Shown: piece by piece, positions 46,320 through 54,699 of the stretch
How the letters are laid out: every line of letters starts with the position of its first letter
Position numbering within the stretch: the stretch's first letter is position 1
IMG/VR virus record: IMGVR_UViG_3300018080_005419
Length of the DNA stretch: 64,000 nucleotides
Source of the DNA: a virus
Strand: one strand, 5' to 3'
Made by a program: the position numbers and the translations under genes
The notes under the pieces: model-generated
Told to the model about the DNA's origin: nothing
The model's input: only the letters and a program-made list of their open reading frames with translations
The model's database searches: none

Positions 46320-47474
46320 TTAGTTCATAGGAATGTCAAACTCTTCTATCCTCTTGTTCATATTGTCGAGATTGATGTCTTTAAAAATTAAACAAGGTCT
46401 ACATCCGTCTATTTCTGTTTCTAACGCTATCTTTCTATATTTGCTCAATTTGTCAGAATACCAAACATCTTTAAGAAAATCATCACAATTCAAAACGGAT
46501 ATACCCTCTTTCCACTCACATTCTCCTTCGGCAAAACTACAAGGAAAGAAGTCTCCATGAACATTAATATAAGAACTGAAAATTCCAAAAGATTCACAAC
46601 TCTCAGACATGGCAAGATATAACTTTTTATGCTCGTTCTCTATTCGCGAATTACGAACAAACTCATCAAACTTTGGCGCACTACACGAATCGAAACCTAT
46701 ACTAAGATCTTGAGACAAAGCACGATCTAATAATCTTTCAAACGAACTATTTGATAAAACACGAAAACCATTATCTTTTGCTCTACCTTTTGGTTTAAGG
46801 CCTAGAAATACTATACAATTTAGATTTCTTAGTCTTTGGTCTTTTTTGCTGTCTTCTAATACTTCATAAACAAATTGTTGTGTTTCTGCTGCTACTACTA
46901 TATGAATATTTATCTGTTCCATGCCCTTGTTTGTTAATAATTCAACTGTGTCATAACATATATTCTTATCTGTTTGAGATACACTAACGGCAATAGCACC
47001 AGCATATTGATTTAATTTTGTAGCTAAATCGTCGTCAAGATCTATTCCACTTAAAGTTAGATTTGGAATGATACCTGATTCACGAGTATATGACATAATA
47101 TTGAAAAGGTCTGGATTGGTTTTAAGGTCTGTAATTCCAAGAGCAATTTGAGTTAAACATTTAGGCATTTTATCTAAGATTTTCTTAAATGTTTCTAGAT
47201 TCATATTGGTAGGGAAATTTGATGTGTTGTCTTTATAACAGTATTTACATTTCTGACTACAACCCCCTGTACTAATTTCAATATCTAATATCTCTGGCCC
47301 TATAGGAGAGAATTTTGGGTTATCTTCTTTTGTCTTTCCCCATCTAGCAAAGAATCCGTTTGACTTGTTAAAAATATAATTATAGTCCGGACCCTTACAT
47401 TGTTTAGATTCCAATGTTTCCAGAATTGTATATTTTAAGGATGGGCAAATTTGATATTGGTAGACTTTATTCAT
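46320..47474 (-). CDS. radical SAM protein with a SPASM/twitch domain
   Basis: CSQKCKYCY (CxxxCxxC); C-terminal CESFGIFSSYINVHGDFFPCSF...CRPC. Confidence 0.9.
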   Translation of the reverse strand: MNKVYQYQICPSLKYTILETLESKQCKGPDYNYIFNKSNGFFARWGKTKEDNPKFSPIGPEILDIEISTGGCSQKCKYCYKDNTSNFPTNMNLETFKKILDKMPKCLTQIALGITDLKTNPDLFNIMSYTRESGIIPNLTLSGIDLDDDLATKLNQYAGAIAVSVSQTDKNICYDTVELLTNKGMEQINIHIVVAAETQQFVYEVLEDSKKDQRLRNLNCIVFLGLKPKGRAKDNGFRVLSNSSFERLLDRALSQDLSIGFDSCSAPKFDEFVRNSRIENEHKKLYLAMSESCESFGIFSSYINVHGDFFPCSFAEGECEWKEGISVLNCDDFLKDVWYSDKLSKYRKIALETEIDGCRPCLIFKDINLDNMNKRIEEFDIPMN

Positions 47475-48216
47475 TGTTTTTAAGAAATTCAGGCCCCATT
47501 AAAGCAATACATATATCTTCAACAGACTTAGTTAATTCTTTTTTTAACTCCTCTTTGTTTTTTGTATTTTTGCTATGTAGATTTTTAGCATTTTTAACTG
47601 CTTGTCTTAATTTATGCTGCAAAAATAAAAACTCTTTTTCATATTCTTCATCTTCGAATTTAAATTGATCTGTCGCTCTTTTCTCGTCTTTTTCTTTCTC
47701 TTTTAATTTTTGAGTATAACATTGCAAACAAACTTTCTTACCTTTATCTTCCCCTCTTGTTAAAATTACATATTCACCGTGGCATCCATTATTTTCGCAA
47801 TATCTATTATATAAAGGAGAGCATAAACGATAATGTATTGCTTTATCTGCATCGTAATACTCTTTTACTGCGGTTACATCATCACATCTTGGCCAATCAT
47901 CTTCTGGTAACGGTATTAATTCATCTATTAAATTAAAGGGATGATTGTTACAAGTGTTAACAAAATAAACATCTTTATCTTTGTATTTACCAGGAAAGAT
48001 ATGTGTGTCAAAATTTGTAGATAAAAAGGTAATTGCAGCATCTTTGGGTAGAATGTCTTTGACTATTTCCAAATTTTCTAATGTTTTCTCATCATATTTA
48101 AAGTCTCTCATCATCACCATAGACATCGCAATTTCAGTTGTATTTTTAACATTATTAACTGGAACCCGATATGATGCCGTAGATGAATTAGAAACAAAAC
48201 CCAATCTAATCTTCAT
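47467..48216 (-). CDS. protein with the MKIRxGFVSNSS N-terminal motif and a Cys-rich C-terminal part
   Basis: Starts MKIRLGFVSNSSTAS; CxxxxxxxCxxxxC...CxxC; overlaps the radical SAM start. Confidence 0.7.
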   Translation of the reverse strand: MKIRLGFVSNSSTASYRVPVNNVKNTTEIAMSMVMMRDFKYDEKTLENLEIVKDILPKDAAITFLSTNFDTHIFPGKYKDKDVYFVNTCNNHPFNLIDELIPLPEDDWPRCDDVTAVKEYYDADKAIHYRLCSPLYNRYCENNGCHGEYVILTRGEDKGKKVCLQCYTQKLKEKEKDEKRATDQFKFEDEEYEKEFLFLQHKLRQAVKNAKNLHSKNTKNKEELKKELTKSVEDICIALMGPEFLKNNE

Positions 48217-48824
48217 TTTCTTGACCTCTTATTGATAGGGATAAATGTCTTGGTATCCATTTTTGCTTTTACTTGTCCAAACGATACTGGATAATAATTC
48301 CAAGCATCTACTCCCACATCAAATGCTAGAACATTATCAAACTCTGGCAATTTCCCGTGACTATGGCCGAATAAATTCCATATACCAAAGTGAGATCGAT
48401 CCCAAACCCTCATTGCATAGTGGCTTAGAAATATATCTTGTTTATATACCCTAATCATTGATCCTTGATGTTTGCCAGTTATAGACTCAAACCCTCTAGC
48501 CTTTTGAACTGCTGATTTGTCGTGATTCCCTAGTACAAGGTGAATTTTCCCATTAAGTCGTTTGATCAGTCTTTCAATAGCTATTCTGTCTTTAGAAAGT
48601 ACAAAATCTCCAACATGATAAACAGTGTCTTCTGGTTTAACAACAGAATTCCAATTAGCAATAAGATCCTCTGTCATCTCAATACCACGTTGTTTTTTAA
48701 TCTCTTCTGAAACCCATCTTCCCCTTTCATCAATATCGCCTTCTTGCAACCATGGCCTTTTGCAATAAAGTATGATATTAGAGTGCCAAAAATGATGGTC
48801 CCCGGAGAAAAATACATCACTCAC
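48213..48824 (-). CDS. calcineurin-like metallophosphoesterase (phage type)
   Basis: FSGDHHFWH, VYHVGDF, LGNHD, LSHY, LFGHSHG, DVGVD. Confidence 0.9.
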   Translation of the reverse strand: MSDVFFSGDHHFWHSNIILYCKRPWLQEGDIDERGRWVSEEIKKQRGIEMTEDLIANWNSVVKPEDTVYHVGDFVLSKDRIAIERLIKRLNGKIHLVLGNHDKSAVQKARGFESITGKHQGSMIRVYKQDIFLSHYAMRVWDRSHFGIWNLFGHSHGKLPEFDNVLAFDVGVDAWNYYPVSFGQVKAKMDTKTFIPINKRSRK

Positions 48825-49053
48825 TTGTTTCTTCTTTCTTTAAAACAAACAAATTACAAGTACAGCGACCTTTTTCTTGAATGTCTTTTTCAAGCATAGG
48901 ACAAGGACATGGAGTTGGTTTTAATCTACAAGGACATAACCCACCCTTTTGATTCACTTTTTCTATAATTTTATCGGCTATATCTGACAATTCTAAGCTA
49001 AAATCCTCACACAATTTTTCGTAAAACTTTCTATCTCTTTCCAATTTATTCAT
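48817..49053 (-). CDS. ferredoxin:thioredoxin reductase catalytic subunit-like protein
   Basis: CPC...CPC...CTC triad: GLCPCRLKPTPCPCPMLEKDIQEKGRCTCNLF. Confidence 0.8.
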   Translation of the reverse strand: MNKLERDRKFYEKLCEDFSLELSDIADKIIEKVNQKGGLCPCRLKPTPCPCPMLEKDIQEKGRCTCNLFVLKKEETSE

Positions 49054-49060
49054 TCCTTTA

Positions 49061-50170
49061 TTAATGCCAAAGATGCGACGAAAATCTTCCTACACGACTT
49101 TGCGGATCCCAAGAATATGGCTCTCTTGTCGTGCCAAATATTTCCAGCCTCATTTTCTTAATTTCTTGTTTCCATTTAATTATTTCGTCTTCTTTAAATC
49201 CATAATCTTCAGGATTTTCTCCGTAAATAATATCCTTTAGTTCGGTAAAAGATCCAAACAATTTTTCAATTTGACCACGAGAAGGAAGAATTAATTCTGG
49301 ATGATCCTTTGAAAATTGTCTATATTGATTTCTTGTTTCTATTTTATTTTCTTTAAATGTCTCGATTAACAATTTCTTTATTCCTTTATATTCTTCTAAT
49401 TCTTCTTTTGCTTCTTTGTTGTCTTGAATATCGATAGCATTATTAATTTCTTCTGTCTTTTCTTTGGATTTTTCAACTTCTTCTTTGCTTAGTTCTTCTT
49501 GTATCTCTATCTTTATCGTCTCGTCAGGTTCTTCTTCGTTAACTTCTGTCTTTTCAAATAATATAGCATCAGTTACAATTTGAACAGTATCATTATTTTC
49601 GGGAATTATTTTTTCAGGGGTTTGCTGTACTTCTTTAGGCTTATCTTCTTCTATTTGTTTTGGAATGTCAATCGAAACAGATTCATCAGTATATATTATC
49701 TCTTTTAATTTAGAAAAAGAACCAAACAATTTCGATATTTTATGACAACTAGGAAGGTCTAATGTAGGATTGTTTTTAACAAATTTTCTGTATTGATCTC
49801 TTTTTTCTATTTTGTTTTCTTTAAAAATTCTTGTCAATTTTTCTTCTAAGGTTTCTTCTGATTTTTGCTCTGCTGTAATAATTGGAGTCTGAGTTTTTGA
49901 GGATTCTTTGGTTTTTTCAACAATTTCAGAAACAATTTTTGAAGCCAAATCTCTAAATGAAGATAAATTTTTCTTTTCTTCGATTTGAATTTTACCATTA
50001 ATCATTGCCTTCTTAAATTCAGCAAATGAGCCAAAATCTTTTCCAAGCACTGTGTCATTAGGAAGTTCCAACTCAGGTTTATTTCTTCTGAGAGCGCGAT
50101 AATCATCTCTAGTGTTTAACGAATTATTTTTCCATATAATCCTAAGTTGTTCAATTTTCTCAGGTGTCAT
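49061..50170 (-). CDS. protein with three homing-endonuclease-associated-like repeats and acidic linkers
   Basis: Three copies of N.I..R..YR.F....P.L.LPS...I.K.FGSF..LK. No nuclease motif seen. Confidence 0.65.
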   Translation of the reverse strand: MTPEKIEQLRIIWKNNSLNTRDDYRALRRNKPELELPNDTVLGKDFGSFAEFKKAMINGKIQIEEKKNLSSFRDLASKIVSEIVEKTKESSKTQTPIITAEQKSEETLEEKLTRIFKENKIEKRDQYRKFVKNNPTLDLPSCHKISKLFGSFSKLKEIIYTDESVSIDIPKQIEEDKPKEVQQTPEKIIPENNDTVQIVTDAILFEKTEVNEEEPDETIKIEIQEELSKEEVEKSKEKTEEINNAIDIQDNKEAKEELEEYKGIKKLLIETFKENKIETRNQYRQFSKDHPELILPSRGQIEKLFGSFTELKDIIYGENPEDYGFKEDEIIKWKQEIKKMRLEIFGTTREPYSWDPQSRVGRFSSHLWH

Positions 50171-50250
50171 TCTTTATTCTCCTAATTATTCCCCTCATCC
50201 TCCTTATATCCAAATCTTTACAAAACAATTCAAAGATCGGGCAAAAGAAT

Positions 50251-50278
50251 ATATTAACACATTATCCACATTTGGCAA
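50251..50278 (-). promoter_or_regulatory. possible sigma70-type promoter
   Basis: TTGCCA-N16-TAATAT with TG at the extended -10 position. The spacer contains TTATCCACA on the + strand. Confidence 0.35.
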
Positions 50279-50279
50279 G

Positions 50280-50822
50280 TTATTTTTTTAAAGCTTTTGT
50301 TACAATGTTCATCAATTCGTCTCTTTCCTTGCAACTAACTAAATGATATTCTTGATTATTTTCTTTGAGATAATTAAGAATCACGTTGTCCATTTCAATT
50401 GCTTCTTCTAATGTTTGATATCGTCCATGCGCTTCATATGGATTGTCTCTTCTATCTAAAAATATATTAAGACTTGGATATTTTTCTTCAAATGCTTGGG
50501 CTAATTCTACTAACAATTTCCATTTCTCAAATCCATAATTTTGAGCATAGCAAGTGGCCATTCCTACGGGGGAATCTGTTACAACAATTTCTACTCCATT
50601 TCTTAAAACTAGATCTTCCATTCTAATTTGTTTAGCTAACAAATATACCTGATCAAAAGAGGAAACTGCTATATTTTGATACGCCCAGCTCTTGACGTAT
50701 TCTTGAACCTGCTCCACATTGTATTTCATCTCTTTCAGACGAGCATAAACATAAGCTGCACAAGTAGATTTTCCTGATCCTGGACCGCCAAATAAACAAA
50801 TACGTCTTATGTTTGTGGTCAT
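50280..50822 (-). CDS. NadR/Ttd14-like AAA (P-loop kinase) protein
   Basis: ICLFGGPGSGKST, VQEYVK, VVTDSP, YEAHGRYQTLEEA. Confidence 0.8.
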   Translation of the reverse strand: MTTNIRRICLFGGPGSGKSTCAAYVYARLKEMKYNVEQVQEYVKSWAYQNIAVSSFDQVYLLAKQIRMEDLVLRNGVEIVVTDSPVGMATCYAQNYGFEKWKLLVELAQAFEEKYPSLNIFLDRRDNPYEAHGRYQTLEEAIEMDNVILNYLKENNQEYHLVSCKERDELMNIVTKALKK

Positions 50823-50824
50823 TT

Positions 50825-51367
50825 CTATTCCTTTTCTATATGTTTTGATAATAATTTGGTTATTCTTTTTAGATCATTTAATACAGTAAAATCATTTAAG
50901 TTTTTATTGATTCCATTCTTGATTAATTCTTCTGTCTTTGTTAATATTGATTTCGACTCAGACTCAATAACCTTAGTAAGATTGACTCCATTAGCAAAAA
51001 TGAACACTATTTTTTCACGAGCAATAGAAATCGAATTGGTTAAAACAAGCGCAAATTTCCCATGATATTCCTCAAAATCATATTCAAATTGAGCCATTGT
51101 TAAGTTTTCTTTTGTTTCTTCTTCAACTTCTATTTTTATTAGAAGACTATTAAGTAATTGTGCATAATTAAAATTGTTACTTAAAATTCTTTCAGATTTC
51201 CAATTACCAAAATTTAAAAGAGACAATCCACAATCACATTGATGAAATTCTACGTCACATTGGTCCATTGTACTCTCATATAATTGAACCATATCTGCTT
51301 GGCCACTTAACATTTTCCAAAAAATATAATTAAGGGCTTCATCTGTTGAATTTACTGTTGTGCTCAT
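50825..51367 (-). CDS. hypothetical protein (180 aa)
   Basis: AGGAG SD; tiled in the operon. Confidence 0.7.
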   Translation of the reverse strand: MSTTVNSTDEALNYIFWKMLSGQADMVQLYESTMDQCDVEFHQCDCGLSLLNFGNWKSERILSNNFNYAQLLNSLLIKIEVEEETKENLTMAQFEYDFEEYHGKFALVLTNSISIAREKIVFIFANGVNLTKVIESESKSILTKTEELIKNGINKNLNDFTVLNDLKRITKLLSKHIEKE

Positions 51368-51388
51368 TTCTTATTCTCCTTTTCTTCT

Positions 51389-52510
51389 TTAAATTGTTTT
51401 CCATACGTTTCTATTAACATAGTCAATATAACTCATAATTATTCTAACAACCTTCTTTGAAACATCTTTGCTATCATAATCCGGAACCATTCTAAATTGG
51501 TGTTTCTCCAAATAATGTTTACGAACAATTTCTATCGATTCAAATACTCTGTCATATTGCAAACCAGACATAATAATTGTACCTTGATCCATACCTTCTG
51601 GGCGTTCGTGGCTATCCCTAAGTGTTATAGCTGGAAATCTTAAAATGGATGATTCTTCTGTAATTGTTCCACTATCAGAAAGAACACAAGCAGCATGTTT
51701 TTGTAAATAGATATAATCAAAAAATCCAAGAGGTTTAATAAAATTAATTCTGGAATCTGTTATACTAAATCCATTTTCATCTAAACGTTTTTGTGTTCTG
51801 GGATGTGTTGAAATAATAATTGGAAAATCGTGATGCTTTGCTAACTTTTCTATTGTCGTTACTAGTTCATTCAATCGCAAAGGAGAATCGACATTTTCTT
51901 CTCGATGAATGCTGACAACAAAATAACTATTGTCTTTTAATTTTAATTTTTCTAATACACCTGATTCTGCTATTTTGTCTTTGTAGTGCTCCAGAACTTC
52001 AAACATAGGAGATCCAGTTTTCATTATAAATTGAGATTGGATTCCTTCAGATAAAAGATGTCTTCTCGCATGTTCAGTATAGACAAGATTAATGTCGCTA
52101 ATATGATCAACAATTCTTCGATTTATCTCTTCCGGAACGCACTCATCAAAACTTCTATTTCCTGCTTCCATATGAAAAATGGGAACTTTACATCTTTTAG
52201 CAGAAATAGCAGAAAGGCAACTATTTGTATCCCCTAAAATCAAAAGAGCATCTGGTTTTTCTTTTTTAAGAATTAGATAAGATTTCTCTATAATTTTACC
52301 TAAAGTTTCCCCCAAATTCGACCCAACAACTTCTAAAAAATGATCCGGCTTTCTAATCTTTAAATCTTTGAAGAATATTCCATTTAATTCCCAATCATAA
52401 TTTTGCCCTGTATGAATTAAAACGTGATTAGCAGTTTGATCAAGTTCTGCTACTACACGAGATAGCTTTATTAATTCTGGACGAGTACCAACAATAGTGG
52501 CAATCTTCAT
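51389..52510 (-). CDS. UDP-sugar 2-epimerase, FnlC/QnlB/WbjD type (WecB family)
   Basis: VGTRPELIKL, HTGQNYD, LILGDTNSCL, HMEAGNRSFD...PEEINR, HREENVD, SDSGTITEE, ERPEG. Confidence 0.92.
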   Translation of the reverse strand: MKIATIVGTRPELIKLSRVVAELDQTANHVLIHTGQNYDWELNGIFFKDLKIRKPDHFLEVVGSNLGETLGKIIEKSYLILKKEKPDALLILGDTNSCLSAISAKRCKVPIFHMEAGNRSFDECVPEEINRRIVDHISDINLVYTEHARRHLLSEGIQSQFIMKTGSPMFEVLEHYKDKIAESGVLEKLKLKDNSYFVVSIHREENVDSPLRLNELVTTIEKLAKHHDFPIIISTHPRTQKRLDENGFSITDSRINFIKPLGFFDYIYLQKHAACVLSDSGTITEESSILRFPAITLRDSHERPEGMDQGTIIMSGLQYDRVFESIEIVRKHYLEKHQFRMVPDYDSKDVSKKVVRIIMSYIDYVNRNVWKTI

Positions 52511-52524
52511 TTTATTTTATACCT

Positions 52525-53577
52525 TTATCTGAGCAATTCATCTTGATTCGCATCTTCAACCATAAGCCGATATTTTCTTAATAATTCGCAAGTACCAGTT
52601 AAATCTAAAGGATTATCCGCCGAACTATACTCTTTTGTTAAAGCTGTATTCTTCTCATTATTAAACAACTCAGGTAACATAGGGCCAATAACATAATAAT
52701 CTCCACGCGCAATAGTACGGCTTATTTCTTCTTCGGATACCATAATTTCATGTTGTTTTTCTCCGGGTCTAGTCCCAATAACTTTTATTTCTATTTGCCT
52801 ATTATCAATTAATGTTTTTGCTATATTCTGCATTGTAGCTGAAGATATACGCGGAATATAAGTTTCTCCAGCCTTCGCAGTTTGTATCGCACTAAATACT
52901 GTATCAACAGCCTTATTAAGAGGTAAGAGAAATCTTGTCATTTTTCCGTTTGTAATTGTAACAGGACCGCCACTTAAAATTTGATCATGAAATAGAGGAA
53001 TTACAGATCCTCTAGATGCGAGAACATTACCATATCTAACACATACAAAACGAGTCTTTTTGCTTAAAATATTGGCAGATATAAACAATCTTTCTTGTAT
53101 GGCTTTTGACATTCCCATAACATTTACAGGCTTACAGGCTTTATCTGTACTAACACCAACAACAACCTCACTATGATAATCACTTTCTTCTATTGCACGA
53201 ATTAGATTGTAGACTCCCTTACAATTAGTTAAAACTGCTTGATATGGAAAATATTCACATGTAGGAACTTGTTTAAGAGCCGCCGCATTAACAATAATAT
53301 CTGCATCTCTAACTGCCGAAACAATATCAGGATAATTGCGAACATCTCCAATTCTAAACTCTAAAGCATTTTTAAAATTATTAAAAATTGTTTCGTCAGT
53401 TGTAATCCTTCTATTTAAATATTCAACCCTCATCTTATGTTGTTTTGCTTCGTCTCTCGAAAATACAATAACTTTCTTGGGTGTTCCTTGCTCACCTGTT
53501 AATACACGTTTAACAAAGGTTTTCCCTAAAGATCCTGTTCCTCCAGTAATCAATATTGTTTTATCTTCAAAAATCAT
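52525..53577 (-). CDS. fnlA: UDP-GlcNAc 4,6-dehydratase/5-epimerase (FnlA/WbjB/CapE type)
   Basis: LITGGTGSLG, FSRDEAKQ, AAALKQVPTCEYFP, STDKACKPVNVMGMSKA, RYGNVLASRGSVIPLF, MTRF, RPGEKQHE. Confidence 0.9.
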   Translation of the reverse strand: MIFEDKTILITGGTGSLGKTFVKRVLTGEQGTPKKVIVFSRDEAKQHKMRVEYLNRRITTDETIFNNFKNALEFRIGDVRNYPDIVSAVRDADIIVNAAALKQVPTCEYFPYQAVLTNCKGVYNLIRAIEESDYHSEVVVGVSTDKACKPVNVMGMSKAIQERLFISANILSKKTRFVCVRYGNVLASRGSVIPLFHDQILSGGPVTITNGKMTRFLLPLNKAVDTVFSAIQTAKAGETYIPRISSATMQNIAKTLIDNRQIEIKVIGTRPGEKQHEIMVSEEEISRTIARGDYYVIGPMLPELFNNEKNTALTKEYSSADNPLDLTGTCELLRKYRLMVEDANQDELLR

Positions 53578-53585
53578 AATTTCCC

Positions 53586-54449
53586 CTAATTTGAAAGTTT
53601 ATTTGCTAATTCTGAAATCATTTCGTTCCATGATGGGATATTGTAGTTACTTTGCTTTTTAAATAGGTCACAATTCAAACTTCGATCACAATAAAAATCT
53701 TGGTCTGGTACAATTTCAATATTTAGATTCATTGCTTCTTTTATTTGAGAAAGCAGATCATATTTAGAAATTAGTTTACTTGAGATATGAATTAATCCTT
53801 TTAGATTCTCTTCGTTTTGAATAATATGTTTTATAATTCTTGACAATTCATATGTAGTAAATCCAGAAAAAATAGCATTCTTGAATCCTTTAACTGTTTT
53901 TTCTTGTTGACTTAAAAACCATTCCAACAAGCCTTTTTTACGACAAAGTTCTGGCCCAATAATAGATGTTCTAATTGTAAGATTCGGCTCTCCTATTTCT
54001 CCAATATATTTAGACTTGCCATAGATATCTTTAGCATCTGATATATCTGATTCTAAATAGTTACCTTTTTTTCCTGAAAAAACACAATCTGTACTTAAAT
54101 GAATCAATCTAAATTTGTACTTTTGAGATAATAAAGACAACTGATGAGGAAAAAGACCATTTACTTTAATATTTATAATTGGATCAGATCCTTCTTCTCT
54201 TTGCTTAATAATCCCAACACAATTAACTACAACATTTGGGCAAAAATTTTTAAATATTTGCTCAAGTTTATTATCATTTATATCAACATTGTCAAATGCA
54301 TTGTAAAATTTAAAAATACCATTATATTTTGGGTCTGACAAACCTTTATGGAGAGTTGCCTTTACATTAATATTATGATCTTCTTCTAAACATAAAAATA
54401 ATTGATGTCCTAACATTCCTCCGCCGCCAACAACTAAAACTTTGTCCAT
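53586..54449 (-). CDS. RmlD-family NAD(P)H reductase (QnlA/WbvR-like)
   Basis: VVGGGGMLG, NCVGIIKQ, HLSTDCVFSG..G.Y.ESD..DA.DIYGKSK, RTSIIG, FSGFTT. No C-terminal cupin domain. Confidence 0.85.
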   Translation of the reverse strand: MDKVLVVGGGGMLGHQLFLCLEEDHNINVKATLHKGLSDPKYNGIFKFYNAFDNVDINDNKLEQIFKNFCPNVVVNCVGIIKQREEGSDPIINIKVNGLFPHQLSLLSQKYKFRLIHLSTDCVFSGKKGNYLESDISDAKDIYGKSKYIGEIGEPNLTIRTSIIGPELCRKKGLLEWFLSQQEKTVKGFKNAIFSGFTTYELSRIIKHIIQNEENLKGLIHISSKLISKYDLLSQIKEAMNLNIEIVPDQDFYCDRSLNCDLFKKQSNYNIPSWNEMISELANKLSN

Positions 54450-54699
54450 TTTATTTTCCTTATCTACAATTAAACAAACAAATTCTGATTTTATTGTATC
54501 CGTTTAAAATTAGTTCTAATTGTCAAAATGCAGAAATTTAAGATCTTTCTTTTAATCTTAATATTGCGACTTGTAAGCCAATTAAGTCGTTTTATATTAA
54601 TCACTTATAAAAAAAATAGAAAAACTTCATAAAAGTTTAAAATTTTTCAGTATGATTTTGTCTATAAGATCAGAAAATATTGCTAAAAAGGAGAAGATA

